Positions 1 through 12,129 are shown, counted from the first letter of the whole stretch. The stretch is DNA of 63,987 nt, filler included, from Ionaspis alba (GCA_964255285.1; 5 parts of 5 records of this genome joined end to end with filler, not necessarily neighbours in it), one strand, 5' to 3'. The notes: a model not told the origin generated them from the letters alone. Program-made: numbers and translations.

Positions 1-84
1 TCCCCCGATGATGGTGCCGTTGTGGTGGGCGACGCCCATGTGGCCGTCGCTACCAAAGGTGTAGCACTTTCTTCGACGGTTGTT
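1..84 (-). CDS. possible internal exon of a gene running off the window start (one frame is Ser/Thr-rich: TTVEESATPLVATATWASPTTTAPSSG)
   Basis: Minus-strand branch point GCTAAC (106-101) followed by a TAG acceptor (87-85) and open frames to the window edge; no recognisable family. Confidence 0.25.
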
Positions 85-405
85 CTACATAGAGGTATAT
101 GTTAGCAGCTCGACCGACATAGCCACAAGCACGAAAGGTCGGATCGAGGAATGGAGAGGATGCCGATTCGCAATCCTCGAGCAGAGACCTAATCCGATCA
201 GAGAGATAGTATGAGCATAAAGAAATATCTGTGTCATTGTGCTAAACAAATCAAATGAGGTATACATAACGGAGCTGGAGCCCGCCTCGCTATGCAATCG
301 CCATGCAGTGGTAATTCAAGCCCCGACAACTCCAGCACCAGAGCATTAGTAGTTTCTGTAGGTTCGAGAAATGCAAGCCGAGCTTATTGCCAACATTGAT
401 CGACT

Positions 406-2139
406 TCAAGAGCCTCTGCCCCTGATCACATCCCCACCCGCCTTCTTCAATCTCCCTAGATCGCCGTCAATCGCAGCTGCCTCTCCACGAACATACTCTT
501 CCCTCGCAGCGACCTCAGCCTCAAATTCCTCAGCAATCTTCCTCCTAGTTCGTCTGGCTTCCTTCATTCTCTTCACAAGCTCAGCAAGCTGCTCTACCAC
601 CAAGTCTCCACAATCCTCGTAATCGTTGATGGAGAGTGATTCGAAGAAAGCCTTCTGGCGTTCGCTTTGTTCTTCTTCCGGGAGGTCTGAGAGCTTGCAG
701 ATGTAGTCGAACTTCTCTTTCAGGGACTTCGACTTGAGGTCCTCGGGCAGAACGTTAGCAGACGGTCGAGGGTTGTGATCGAAATCCTCGGACTTTAGCT
801 TATCGTAGGACATCTCCGCCATTTGCTCTTCGGTGTAGTCCAACTCGAAGCCACGCTTGGAATTCGGAATGTTTTGACCTTGGTTCGAGCCATGAATCCT
901 ATCGACAGATGCGTCGTTGAGTTGCATGGCTTGACCCTCGTCAATGTGAGTGCCTCCAGCGAGGGCGGTACCTTCCTGGTCACCCTCATAGCAGTCGCCA
1001 CCGAGCTGACGATGAGCTCGATCAGTGCTTCGCTTCGGTTGGCTTTGAACGGGCATGCCTTTTCCTCCCTTTGCCGGTGACTCGTCCACGGGAACGGTGT
1101 CTGATCTCGGAGCATGGGAGTGTTTTGGTACGTGGCCAGTAGACCGTACGCGAAGAATATCATGACTACCCTTCTGAATAGCTGAAACATGCAGATCTGG
1201 GTTTGCATTGTCAGCGGTAGAAATTGCTCTAAACCTTGTAAGCTGTTCTTGTCCGTGCTGGTAAGATTCCCAGGCGTCTTGAGGGACATTTACGGGATCG
1301 TAAGAAAATAGAGACTGTTCTCCGGCATCCACGTCACCTGGTGTGTGACTGTACGTGACCGAAGAACTCCTTGTGTCATCTGGAGCGATCGATGGATCTT
1401 CTGAATCCGCAAATTCGCTCTCATCCCGTTCATCGAAACTGTCATGATCGACGACGACCTCCGGTCTTTCTTCCCACCCATCGATTACTCGTGCTTGTTC
1501 GTCCTCATAGCCATGACTGTATTCTTCAGTACTGAGGCGGCCATCTGGATCATAGTCCGCGTCCACGTCTACGTCTCTCACGTGTGATTCCCTATGCGGC
1601 GGATCAAATGGGAGTGCTGTAGCAAGTGCTTGTTGACGTGGAGGAATGTGTGACTGTGCTTGATATTGGCTGTCCTTGACTTGAACATCAAAGCTCATCG
1701 TGGTATTGTTGATGCTCTCCCCATCCGTCTCATAGAAAGCAGGATATATGTTTGGCTTGTCTTGCGATATTTCATCCTTGACCTTGGATGGACTGTCCCC
1801 TCCTTGCAAATGTCCTTGCGTTGGACCCGAGGTAGATTTGTCTTGACTGTGCTCTAACTTTACGAGTGGAGTCTTGACTCTTGACCTTTCTGCAATCTTT
1901 TGGCGCTCTGCCATGGTGACTGGAAGCTGGGATTGGTCCGGATGATGGCCATACCGCGACTCCGTTGCACTTGATATAGGCTTTGCAGAACGACGACCAA
2001 GATCCAAAACCGAATTATCTACTGCCGTGGCCTTCGTGCTGTTTCCTCCGTCTGTGTGCCTCTTGAGAGGCGAACTAGGAAGCTTGCCACTGTGCTTCTT
2101 TCTGACAAAATTCAGGACATTCGAGTTGTTTGCAGACAT
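406..2139 (-). CDS. Extracellular mutant protein 11 (ECM11) C-terminal domain protein; long disordered N-terminus, intronless
   Basis: 577-aa ORF from ATG 2139. C-terminal LDYTEEQMAEMSYDKLKSEDFD...FFESLSINDYEDCGDLVVEQLAELVKRMKEARRTRRKIAEEFEAEV matches the ECM11-domain pattern followed by a coiled coil. Confidence 0.75.
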   Translation of the reverse strand: MSANNSNVLNFVRKKHSGKLPSSPLKRHTDGGNSTKATAVDNSVLDLGRRSAKPISSATESRYGHHPDQSQLPVTMAERQKIAERSRVKTPLVKLEHSQDKSTSGPTQGHLQGGDSPSKVKDEISQDKPNIYPAFYETDGESINNTTMSFDVQVKDSQYQAQSHIPPRQQALATALPFDPPHRESHVRDVDVDADYDPDGRLSTEEYSHGYEDEQARVIDGWEERPEVVVDHDSFDERDESEFADSEDPSIAPDDTRSSSVTYSHTPGDVDAGEQSLFSYDPVNVPQDAWESYQHGQEQLTRFRAISTADNANPDLHVSAIQKGSHDILRVRSTGHVPKHSHAPRSDTVPVDESPAKGGKGMPVQSQPKRSTDRAHRQLGGDCYEGDQEGTALAGGTHIDEGQAMQLNDASVDRIHGSNQGQNIPNSKRGFELDYTEEQMAEMSYDKLKSEDFDHNPRPSANVLPEDLKSKSLKEKFDYICKLSDLPEEEQSERQKAFFESLSINDYEDCGDLVVEQLAELVKRMKEARRTRRKIAEEFEAEVAAREEYVRGEAAAIDGDLGRLKKAGGDVIRGRGS

Positions 2140-2307
2140 CGTTGACAGTGAAAACAACAGACAGTGGCGAGAACGAATCCAAGGAAGCAGGGTTGGAAGT
2201 TCAGGCTAGAGTGATTGCATAGTTCTCATGTTACTGGGAAATATAAAATGAACTAGACGCGTTTACAATCCAGAGATTGTGTCAAACATATTTCCCGAAA
2301 AGGCTCA

Positions 2308-3109
2308 ACATCGAATTTACTTGTGCATGAGAACCTACGTGCCTTTATCCACCATTGTATGTGGATGCTGACATCAAGAATCTTCTTGCTACAAAGACAT
2401 GTAGGCACTGACAAAAGTGTGTACTCAGCGGTGGGTTGTAACTACGCGGAGTGTAACCTTCGGGAATAGGACCGCCGGGGCCAACTGGGCCAAAAGCAAC
2501 TATGTTTACCTCTGGACAGGGGGGGGGAGGAAACATCCCTATTGTCCCTACAGTATATGGCTACGGGTCGGGGAAACGTACCCCCTAGACCTTGCCCTCA
2601 GCATCTTGAGCGATCCTGCTTATACAAACAACGTTAATCACCCTTCAACGTATTGTCCTTGCTGATCGTCCTCGCCTGCCCCGAATATTTTGCAGAATAT
2701 CGATCTTTGACTTACGAAAAGTGCGGCCTTACCCTTGATAAATACTGTCTCAAGCGTCTTGTTTGGGTGTTTGCTATTGAGTCTTTACCGTTCCAATTAT
2801 AGGTACGTCGACCAAGAAGCCATAGATACACCCTCAACTCGACCTATCTGGCCAATCTGCTGAAGAGGGAGGCGGACGAGGGTCTGAAACGCGCGCCAAA
2901 TGATGTCCACTTCTTGGACCTTGTGGATAAGCTTGTGAGACCATCCAGTTGTTAGAGTGGTTGTAGATAACGTCCGAAGCTTGTCAGATCCAGTGAAGAG
3001 TAACCTTATTAGTTGAGCTTGTTGAAGTATTACGTCGAAGTTGCTAGTGCATAAGAATCTACGTGCTTTTACCGACCATTGTGCATATGTGGATGTAAAT
3101 ATCAAGAAT
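2308..3109 (+). repeat. degenerate dispersed direct repeat, two ~75-bp copies (2308-2381 and 3032-3109)
   Basis: Manual alignment: 61 of 74 aligned bases identical plus one 4-nt indel (core gtgcat.agaa.ctacgtgc.ttta.c.accattgt...atgtggatg...atcaagaat). Confidence 0.8.
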
Positions 3110-3336
3110 ATATGGTTTGAAGTAGGCTAATATCGGATTAACCATCTTACGGTGCCTCCGTCCGCCCTCCACAACGCGCTCTTTGATTGGGCGAGCTTCA
3201 ACCGCGGACACAGTCAATACAACACAGTACTCCCCGATCGGCTGTCTCTCTTGTTTACAGAAGTGTCCCACTACGTTGTTTGCCGGTCTCTAAAGGTGGA
3301 TGAAAGCGGACACAGCTTAATTCTGGCTTAGCCATC

Positions 3337-4371
3337 ATGGCCAGCGGGTCCACAAGTCATAATCCTTACGACCAGTTCGGAAATGACACGATTGAGCAAG
3401 ATTTGATCGATCCCGATGACGGTGATCCGACGCACCTTAAGATGTCTCAACGAGTACTAACGAGTATGCGTAGCTAATCTCAACGACCTTGATGACCCTC
3501 TCGAATCCGACCGAGCCCCCTTGACAGGAAATATACAATCCTCTCGGAACCCGTTACCGCAATCATACCTCAACTCGTCCATTCAAGGAGAAGACCGGAG
3601 AGCTCCCATAAATACAATAGACGAATCGGTCTGGGACACTGTGTCCAGGGACTTGAAAGCATCATGGCAGAAGATGAAGCTGGTGCTGTGGCCTAAATAT
3701 CTCCTTGGAGGTACCCTACAACGTGAAGGAGGGCTAGGCGGACTGGAAAGGGGAGAAGGTGGATTGGCCGAAGGATTGAGAGGCATCGCTGGTAGATTGC
3801 CAGATGCTGATGCCTTGCTTCAAGGTGGGGTGAATGAAGGCTTGCGAGATTGGGATCTGTGGTATGGAAGACTGAGCTTCTGTGGTGAGCCATCTGCTTT
3901 ACTGACATGCCTTAGGGGACCGCTAGTATTCTCGCTGCTGTTGAGTCTACTGCTTTCTGTCGCTGCTCAAACTCAGAAAGACGCTGTCTTCACCGGCGTC
4001 TTTGCACTCGTGTGGATTGGATCGACTGTGGTGACGTGGCAGATAAGACTACTTGGAGGAAAGATGTAAGTTTCAGCTGGAACGAACGTCAAGTAGGACG
4101 AGATATCTGACAGTCAATCAGAGCTTTTTTCCAGACTGTGTGCATCATTGGCTACACCCTATTCCCACTTGTCATTGCGGCCCTCCTGAGCGCCGTTGGC
4201 ATACACAAAATTCCCCGGATACCGATCTACATTATCTTGCTTTTGTGGTCTTTAGCCGCTGGTGTGAGCGTTCTAGGTGGCTCAGGTGTTGTGAGGAATC
4301 GTGTCGGACTTGCCGTATACCCATTGTTTGTGTTTTATATTGGGCTGGGCTTCATCTGCTTCATCAGCTAG
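3337..4371 (+). CDS. YIP4: Yip1-domain Golgi/ER membrane protein (Yip4/YIPF6-like); exons 3337-3421, 3474-3861, 3916-4065, 4122-4371
   Basis: Spliced product contains NTIDESVWDTVSRDL, LRDWDLWGPL, LLGGKIAFFQTVCIIGYTLFPL and LAVYPLFVFY; three GT-AG introns with branch points keep frame. Confidence 0.9.
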
Positions 4372-5452
4372 GAGGCTGAATTAATTTCCCAAATCTATGT
4401 ACTTTATTCTGCAGAGCATTGTGAGCCGCTGGGACATGGTGATGCAGCCCACCAAATTTATGGTGATATTTCGCCAATCATCGCCTGGCGTTGCAACGAA
4501 GGAAGCCTCGACCACAACTGGAACTGACTGAACTAGGATATGAACGAGATAGGTATTGCCAGAAGTTTTACAGCGGAACTACCAGCATCGCAAGTCTGTA
4601 AGCTCGACCAAGCCCAAAGCGGATGTGAAAAATTCGCAGCATAGAGAAATCGAGTTCACACAAACATAACACGGATACAAATCAAATGCTTCGTTCTTAA
4701 TACTCCTTGCATGATGGGCTGATCTAAAATTGAAAGCATTTACACGACTACCGCCTTCAATAAATGATATCTTATGGAATTCACTGTCGTTTTTCAACTT
4801 CCCGTGTAGGTTGTGAATTTCGCACGATTAATGTTAGCAGTCACCAATCATCACGTAGAACGGCAGACGATTAGATTCTGGTGATTGCGGGGGTCCGTGG
4901 TGACAACACCAGACGCACTGGCCTTTGGAGAACCACTCTCTCCGTAATTTCACTTTAGAGAATCCCCTCGTGCTCTACCTCAACCAAGCCATTGATAGGA
5001 AACAACCTCTGCATGCGCTATATGCTCACTTGCCTCTTTCGTCGTCCTCTCATACTAGCTGAACGGCTTCCTGCAGTTTGCCGCTGTGATACAAATCGGT
5101 ATCGCCAAACTGAGTCGGTAATCTCTCCCAGCGAAACCCAGTGGTCACAAAACAACTGATCATGCTTAGACATAGTCGCCGTTCATACCGAGAGCTAAGC
5201 TTTCACTGTTTTCAGACGCTTCCTTCATCGTTCTGGTTTGCATGTGCGGCAAGCTGGGCAGTCCCAGTACTTTCCACTTCCCCGTTATCGTTCGAAATTT
5301 ACCGCAAAATGACATGACTACGGCTACCTACATCGCGCATTGCCAATAGCGTCGTTCTGGACTCGTCAACCTCGGAGCCTTCTCATTAAGCGCGCCCCTC
5401 GCTCTACTTCTTCCTCTGTTCAAGTTGGTCAGGTGTCTACTATAACAGAATC

Positions 5453-7526
5453 ATGACGCGGACAAGTCAGAGACAAACCCCTCCTCGCGATTCCTCACAC
5501 CTCCAACCTCCACAACAGCCAGGCACTACAACGCCTCAAAATGCAAGTCTACATCCTGGAGTAGACTCTGCCAGTGATGGTGATGCTGGAGAGCGACCTG
5601 TAAGAGAAAAGCTCAAAAAGACTTCTATTGCATCTATTCCCAGATACGGTATCGTCTCGGCAAGCGAGAATGTCGAAGGACCCGCAGATGAAGTCATGGA
5701 TGCTCGAGAGAAAGAAGATCAACCGATAGAGCCTGAAGAAAATACGAATACTCGACCGGAAGAAAGGGGACGGCCTGTACGGAAGCGGTCTCTCGAGGAT
5801 TTGGACACAGTGGATACTGGGAAGAGTGGAACTCGTGAGACAAATACAGAACCTTCCAGCGGCCAAGCTCGCAAGCGGTCACGAGACGTTCGGTCCGTTG
5901 CAAGTCTCAATACAGAGAGCCGTCGCATGTCATTAGAAAATCCTTTGCAGGAAGAGATCGAGGAGCCACAATCAAATATCAAGTTACAAGAGACAGGTGA
6001 CGTGGGTGCGAACCCTTCCGTAGAAGCGAACACTCCGACTTCGGATGCGGGTGCTGCGGACGAGGAGATGCAGGAGTCTATTCTCAGCCCGAGGAAGAAG
6101 CGCAGTCGAGACCAATTCGAAGCGGAATCACAAAGAGAGCAGAAGATCGCGGCTACAGATGAGACCCGAGCTCGAAGGCGATCTTCTGAGGAGGAGAGGC
6201 GCAACGAAGATCAGACAAAAGATACAGGTCTTGCATCCGGAGAACCAAAACAAAACGAGCAGAATGGACATATTAACAAGCCAGGAGAACCTTCTAGGGA
6301 GACACAACCGATCTCGTCAACGACCAAAGTAAGATTGTAGTTCCTCAACCAAGTGCAATAACGGCAGGCTGACTACCACGCAGATCCCACCGACGAGTGG
6401 CTTCGCCAACAGTTCGACGATTTCCCCTTTCGGCACCCTTGCCTCTAGCAAATCCGACTCTACGACGAATACTCCTACTATAAAAGCAACGACTACTCAA
6501 CCGAGCCAAACATCCTCGTCTGCATTTGCCTCCTCTGGATTTGCGGCTCTAGCAAGCTCCACAATCTCACCTTTCGGAACCGGTGGGACTAGATCGACGG
6601 CCTCGGGCAAGAGTCCGTCACATCTTCCCGCTTCAGAAGCCGTAATGTCGCCATTCGGTGCGATGTCTTCATCGACAACACATATAGCCAGCTCTAGCGG
6701 CAGTGGTCCCGCTACAAGTGCCTTTGCAAGAGCCGGACCGTCTTCCTTCGCCTCGCTTAATAATTCTGGCTTCAGTGCAATAGGCGGATCTGCGTTTGGA
6801 AGCGCATTTGGGTCAGGTTTTGGAGGCGGATCCAAACTTTCAAGCTTTGCGGCACCAAAGGGAGATCTGAACACAGCCGGCGAAAAGCCAAAAACCTTTG
6901 GAGGAGGAGGAGCAACAAGCGATGGAGGAGATAGTGGCAGTGATGAGGGCGGAGACGATAACCCAGAGGCGGCAACGTCAGACGGCCATGAGGTGGAAAG
7001 CAACAAGTTTCAAATGCATGAGAGTAAGTGAGGTCGAAAATGCGAGATACCTCTTTTCACTAACTATAATTAGCGGATACTGGAGAGGAAGGCGAGGATA
7101 CCATCTTCCAGAATCGTGGCAAGCTATACCGGTTCGACAAGGGTGCCTGGTCCGAGCGTGGTCAAGGCATCTTCAAGCTCAACATTACACGGCGAGATAC
7201 CAAAGACTTTAGTGGCGACACCGAAGATTCTGTTGCGCGAAACGCTCGCTTCATCATGCGAACGCACGCCACACATCGGGTTGTGCTCAATGCACCCATA
7301 TTTAAGGAAATGCTCGTCGGCGACCCGCAAGGAAAGGAACCGACGGGGAAGAAGACCTTGTCATTCTCAGTTCCTGTCGATGGGCGATTGGAGCCTCACA
7401 TGCTTAAGGTCAGCTTCTCTGTTTATCCTCAGGAACCTTGTGCTAACATTCATGAGACAGATGGGCAAAGAAGACGACGTCAAGACTTTGTGGCGAGAGG
7501 TGAAGGCATTGCAGAAGACAATGTAA
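5453..7526 (+). CDS. Ran-binding domain protein (Yrb2/RanBP3/Nup2-like); exons 5453-6328, 6384-7023, 7074-7408, 7461-7526
   Basis: Basic NLS-like clusters (RKRS, RKKRSR), SPFG/AFG/GFG repeats, and a C-terminal RanBD (TGEEGEDTIFQNRGKLYRFDKGAWSERGQGIFKLN...RFIMRTHATHRVVLN); canonical introns. Confidence 0.88.
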
Positions 7527-8517
7527 TAATTTGCGTTGAATGTTTCTCTTTTGTCAACAGCCTCCTAATTGCCAATATCCGTTCGCTATACCAGCTGTTG
7601 TGCTTCATCCTCTTTCGACCAGACAGTCATTTCTCTCCGAGGATCCACATGGCTCTGGTCAAATGCATTTTGAAGGAGTTTAGATCGCGGCTCATCCAAG
7701 CAGATTGGTCTCCTTTGTTTTGCTCTTTTGTGTCGAACGCCTAATACACATGATCGTGAATCGATTGCGAGGCTGTTGTTCTGATCTTTTGATGTTCAGT
7801 CACTGCATATTCAGGTGCCAGTGTCGTCTCTGCTTTGATTAGTACGGGAATTGGAAGATAGATGAATAAAATTCCTCCATCTCTTGTTGGTGCCCAATAA
7901 ATTGTTTTATCTAATCACCACTTCGGTGAATGTCATACCCCATGGACGGTCCCCTCCAATAGCAAGTTGGGGTCTTCGAGCCTTGAAAGATTATGAACTC
8001 CAATCGAGTTCTAGCTCCCAGTTGTCTATCATTCTTCTCAAACAATCATGGTAATCGCCGGCTCTAAATGGTCAACCTCTTTCCAATAGAACCGAGTGCC
8101 TTCCTCCGCTCATATTGCTGCCGATATTTTCGTACTACATCCATCCTCGTTGACTATAATCAATCAACTCCGCTCTTCCGGTATACTGTCCTCTTTCCGA
8201 AGAAGATATCTAGTAAATGTGGGTGCTTGCATTGAAGATGAGAGTAATTATCGAACGAAATTGGAGGATTGAAGAAGAGCTAATCTCGTGATCTGGTGAT
8301 CGAGCTAGGGGCTCGGAGCGGCTCCAATCCGCGTAAAGCACTTAACGCGCGAGACGGGCGACCACCGAAACCAGACTTCAGAGCCATCGAAAGCAACGGC
8401 AACGATAAGCTTAGCGGGAGCGCTCCAGATGGCTTCCAGCAAGCGCAGTGAATTGCACCGCCAAACTTGTGCAGTTCCTTTATTTTGGTGTGGGATGGTT
8501 TTTGGTCACCCATTTTG

Positions 8518-8523
8518 ACGCGT
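8518..8523. promoter_or_regulatory. MCB (MluI cell-cycle box) ACGCGT upstream of HRQ1
   Basis: ACGCGT ~90 bp upstream of the ATG, with further CGCG cores near 8330-8350; MCBs are typical of fungal DNA replication/repair genes, but a 6-mer can occur by chance. Confidence 0.35.
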
Positions 8524-8610
8524 ACAATTAACGACCGACGTCATCAAGTTCCCGGAGACTTGCAATCAGATGACAATGTAGCTCCGTAACACGCCATTAC
8601 AGCCATCGTC

Positions 8611-11600
8611 ATGGCAAGGCTTCAAGCCGCCACTGTCTCGAATCAACCAGTTCGCAAAAGGAAGCGCAAAGTCCCCCCGGACAGTCAGAACGAGCCCACC
8701 CCAGAACCTGCCCTGGCCCCCTCAGCGACCACTTCCACCACCGTTCCTACCAAGACCCACGATGGAGGCAAGAAGCCCCGCCGGGCACCTAATGGCAAGG
8801 CTGGTGCTGCCAAACCGGGGCTGCTACGAAGAGATTCCTCGACGATGGTGGAAACGACCATTGAGTGGCCAGCGCACTTCACCAAGCTTGCCCAGACCCA
8901 TCGAGCTTTGAATCTGGTCTATACTTTCTGCTGCACCAGGAAGCATTTGGCGACCACTTTCGAGAATATCAAGAAAGCAGTGGAGGGCCATACGAAGCGA
9001 GAATTACTGGTGGAAGAGGTCGCGCAGATCAAAGCTCTCGTGCCGAGGGCTATCAACTTTGCCTATGTAGATGAGGCGATGCTACAGGTTGCGGTGCTTG
9101 GGGAGGAAGATGGGATCAAAGGGGGTAGGGCGAAAGAATTCCGGTCATTGGACTTGTCTAGAGATGAGGCTACGCAGCGTGGGGAAGACAAGAAGAATAA
9201 GGAATTACTTCTCTTTGAATTCATTGATGGTGATCTCAAGCGGCAGGTTGCGAGCCCGAAGACCGGCGAGCCGACTAATGCGTTCAGAAAGCTGAGAGAA
9301 GAGGATTTAAAGATGCCAGTGTTTAGCCAAAAGCAAATGATGAAGCTCATTGAGAAGAGGAATGCCAAATTCACATCCGCAGTTAACGCCTTTCTAAACC
9401 AGTGTGCAACCGAAGGCGTCGATGCTGTGGAAACCATATGTAGCAAGGAGAAGCCATTCGTACCCATGCCATCTGATAGCAGGGGCAATACTCCAGCTCC
9501 AGAAATTGCGGCCCTACCGCCTCCTACAATACCAAAGGAGCGCAAAAGCGTGGCAGATATCATTGCCGAGATGAAGCTCATGGAATGGTATACCGGACAA
9601 ATTGTCCCCGATGGCCACCGAGTCTTCGATCCCCAGGCCCCGATATATGGCGATCTGAAGTTTCAGCTGTCTCAAAATCTTGTCAATGCATTATACAACA
9701 CCAAAGGGATTACGCAGTTCTACTCACATCAAGCAGAAGCCATCAATAATCTCTATGACGGAAACAACGTTATCATCGCCACATCAACAAGTTCAGGCAA
9801 ATCTTTAATCTATCAAGTGCCTATGCTACATGAGCTTGAAGCAGATCCCGACAGCAGGGGCATGTATATATTCCCTACGAAGGCTCTGGCGCAAGATCAG
9901 CGGAGAAGCATGAAGGAACTGATGAGGTATATGCCTGGGCTGGAAGACACGATTGTAGAGACCTTCGACGGAGACACCGCGATGGCAGACCGACACCTCA
10001 TCCGTGACGAGGGTCGGATCATCTTCACTAACCCCGACATGCTTCACATCACCATATTACCACAAGAGGACAAGTGGCGGACATTCTTGAAGAATCTCAA
10101 ATTCGTGGTCGTCGACGAGTTGCACGTCTACAACGGCTTGTTCGGGTCCCATGTTGCATTCATCATGCGGAGACTGCGAAGGATATGTGCCGCAGTAGGG
10201 AACAGTCATGTGAAGTTCGTGTCTTGTTCAGCCACTGTCGCAAATCCAGAGGAACACATGAGGACCATATTTGGCGTGGATAAGATCAAGTTGACGGACT
10301 TTGATGGATCGCCATCCGGCAGGAAAGAGTTCTTGTGCTGGAACACTCCCTATAAAGATCCCAAGGACCCGACTTCCGGGAGAGGAGATGCGATGGCCGA
10401 GTCAGCCCGTCTTTTCTGCGAGTTGATTCTTCGAGGAATCAGAGTCATCGCTTTCTGTAGAGTCCGCAAACAGTGCGAGGTCTTGATTACTGCTGTCCGC
10501 AGCTATGCCCAAAGCGTTGAGAGACAAGATCTTGCTGCTCGAGTGATGGGTTATCGAGGTGGCTATGCAGCTCAAGATCGTCGCAAGATCGAAGCCGAGA
10601 TGTTCGACGGAAAGCTGATGGGCATTATTGCGACGACAGCCCTCGAACTCGGAGTTGATATAGGATCCCTGGATGCCGTGATCACTGTCGGCTTCCCGTA
10701 CACGATTGCTAATCTCCGACAACAATCTGGCCGAGCAGGTCGCAGGAACAAGGATTCTCTGTCTGTTCTGGTCGGAGACTGCTTCGCGACAGATCAATAC
10801 TACATGGACAACCCGGACGAGATCTTCACAAAACCGAACTGTGAGCTGCAGGTTGACTTGCAGAACACACTTGTCCTTGAGGGACATATCCAGTGCGCGG
10901 CCTTCGAGATGCCGATTCGTCCCGACGAGGATAAGCAGTACTTTGGGAAACAACTTCCCGAAATCGCATCAGAGCGGATGGTAAAGGATCCGCTGGGCTT
11001 CTATCATTGCAATGAACGTTTTCGTCCGCAGCCTTCTAAGTGCGTGGCGATTCGTGATACCGAAGACGGACATTTCGCAGTCGTCGACATCACAAATGGC
11101 CGCAATGTGGTACTGGAAGAAGTTGAGCCTTCGCGCGCCTTCTTCACCATCTATGAAGGTGGTATCTTCTTACACCAGGGCTATACATACCTGGTGAAAG
11201 AGTTCTCTCCGGAGCGTAAGATTGCCAAAGTGCAATTCGTCAAAGTCGACTGGACAACACAGCAACGGGATTATACGGATATTGACCCAATTGAGACCGA
11301 AGCTATTCGTCGCTTACCGCAACCTTCGCTCTCCCGAGCATTTTTTGGTGCTATCAAGGTTCGTGCGACTGTGTTTGGATTCTTCAAGGTTGATAAGAAG
11401 CGCCGAATCCTAGATGCTGTGCAAGTTGACAATCCACCAATCGAGATCTTATCCAAGGGCATGTGGCTCGATGTTCCGAAAGCAGCGCTTGAGATCCTGA
11501 TATCGAGGCGATTGAACGTGGCAGGAGCTATCCATTCCGCTGAACATGCGATCTTGAGCTTGATGCCGAATTTTGTGATCTCCATGCCCGATGATGTGCG

Positions 11601-12129
11601 TACCGAGTGCAAGAATGCGCTTAAAGAATTCGCGAAGAAAGAAACGCAGAGAAAGCGACCTGCGCGTTTGACATTCTATGATGCAAAGGGTGGAGCGGGT
11701 GGATCGGGCATTGCGGCTAAGGCATTCGAATTCGTGGATCTGCTGCTTGGCCGAGCGGTAGAGCGGGTGGGCGCTTGTCACTGTACGGAAGGCTGTGTAG
11801 AGTGCGTTTGCAGTGAGAGGTGCAAGGAGCACAATGTTGTGATGAGCAAGGCGGGCAGTGAAGTCATTCTGAAGTGCCTGTTAGGAAGGCAGGATGAGAT
11901 TGACATCGATGCCTTGCCTTGGGGCGACGATGAGAAGGTGCCTGCAGGAATCGAGACTGTTATTCCGGCTGTGGAAATTAGGCCTCGGCAAGGCGCTAGA
12001 GTTGACGTTGTTGTTGTCAAGCGCGAGGGCGGTGGCGTGCGCAGAGTTGTGGTTGGGACGGAGGTTGGAGAGGGTGACGACGGAAATAGAGATGATGTCG
12101 TTGTGGTTAAGGACGAACCACAGGATTAA
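8611..12129 (+). CDS. HRQ1: RecQ4-like ATP-dependent DNA helicase Hrq1 with C-terminal Cys-rich Zn domain (DUF1998), intronless
   Basis: 1172-aa ORF with helicase motifs TSTSSGKS, FPTKALAQDQ, DELH, SAT, LELGVDIG, QQSGRAGRR; C-terminal HSAEHA and CHCTEGCVECVCSERC. Confidence 0.95.
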   Translation: MARLQAATVSNQPVRKRKRKVPPDSQNEPTPEPALAPSATTSTTVPTKTHDGGKKPRRAPNGKAGAAKPGLLRRDSSTMVETTIEWPAHFTKLAQTHRALNLVYTFCCTRKHLATTFENIKKAVEGHTKRELLVEEVAQIKALVPRAINFAYVDEAMLQVAVLGEEDGIKGGRAKEFRSLDLSRDEATQRGEDKKNKELLLFEFIDGDLKRQVASPKTGEPTNAFRKLREEDLKMPVFSQKQMMKLIEKRNAKFTSAVNAFLNQCATEGVDAVETICSKEKPFVPMPSDSRGNTPAPEIAALPPPTIPKERKSVADIIAEMKLMEWYTGQIVPDGHRVFDPQAPIYGDLKFQLSQNLVNALYNTKGITQFYSHQAEAINNLYDGNNVIIATSTSSGKSLIYQVPMLHELEADPDSRGMYIFPTKALAQDQRRSMKELMRYMPGLEDTIVETFDGDTAMADRHLIRDEGRIIFTNPDMLHITILPQEDKWRTFLKNLKFVVVDELHVYNGLFGSHVAFIMRRLRRICAAVGNSHVKFVSCSATVANPEEHMRTIFGVDKIKLTDFDGSPSGRKEFLCWNTPYKDPKDPTSGRGDAMAESARLFCELILRGIRVIAFCRVRKQCEVLITAVRSYAQSVERQDLAARVMGYRGGYAAQDRRKIEAEMFDGKLMGIIATTALELGVDIGSLDAVITVGFPYTIANLRQQSGRAGRRNKDSLSVLVGDCFATDQYYMDNPDEIFTKPNCELQVDLQNTLVLEGHIQCAAFEMPIRPDEDKQYFGKQLPEIASERMVKDPLGFYHCNERFRPQPSKCVAIRDTEDGHFAVVDITNGRNVVLEEVEPSRAFFTIYEGGIFLHQGYTYLVKEFSPERKIAKVQFVKVDWTTQQRDYTDIDPIETEAIRRLPQPSLSRAFFGAIKVRATVFGFFKVDKKRRILDAVQVDNPPIEILSKGMWLDVPKAALEILISRRLNVAGAIHSAEHAILSLMPNFVISMPDDVRTECKNALKEFAKKETQRKRPARLTFYDAKGGAGGSGIAAKAFEFVDLLLGRAVERVGACHCTEGCVECVCSERCKEHNVVMSKAGSEVILKCLLGRQDEIDIDALPWGDDEKVPAGIETVIPAVEIRPRQGARVDVVVVKREGGGVRRVVVGTEVGEGDDGNRDDVVVVKDEPQD

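Noticed and set aside
7900..8232. Minus-strand ATG (MQAPTFTRYLLRKED...) divergent from HRQ1
   Set aside because: Stops after 22 codons; no convincing intron set rescues a longer product
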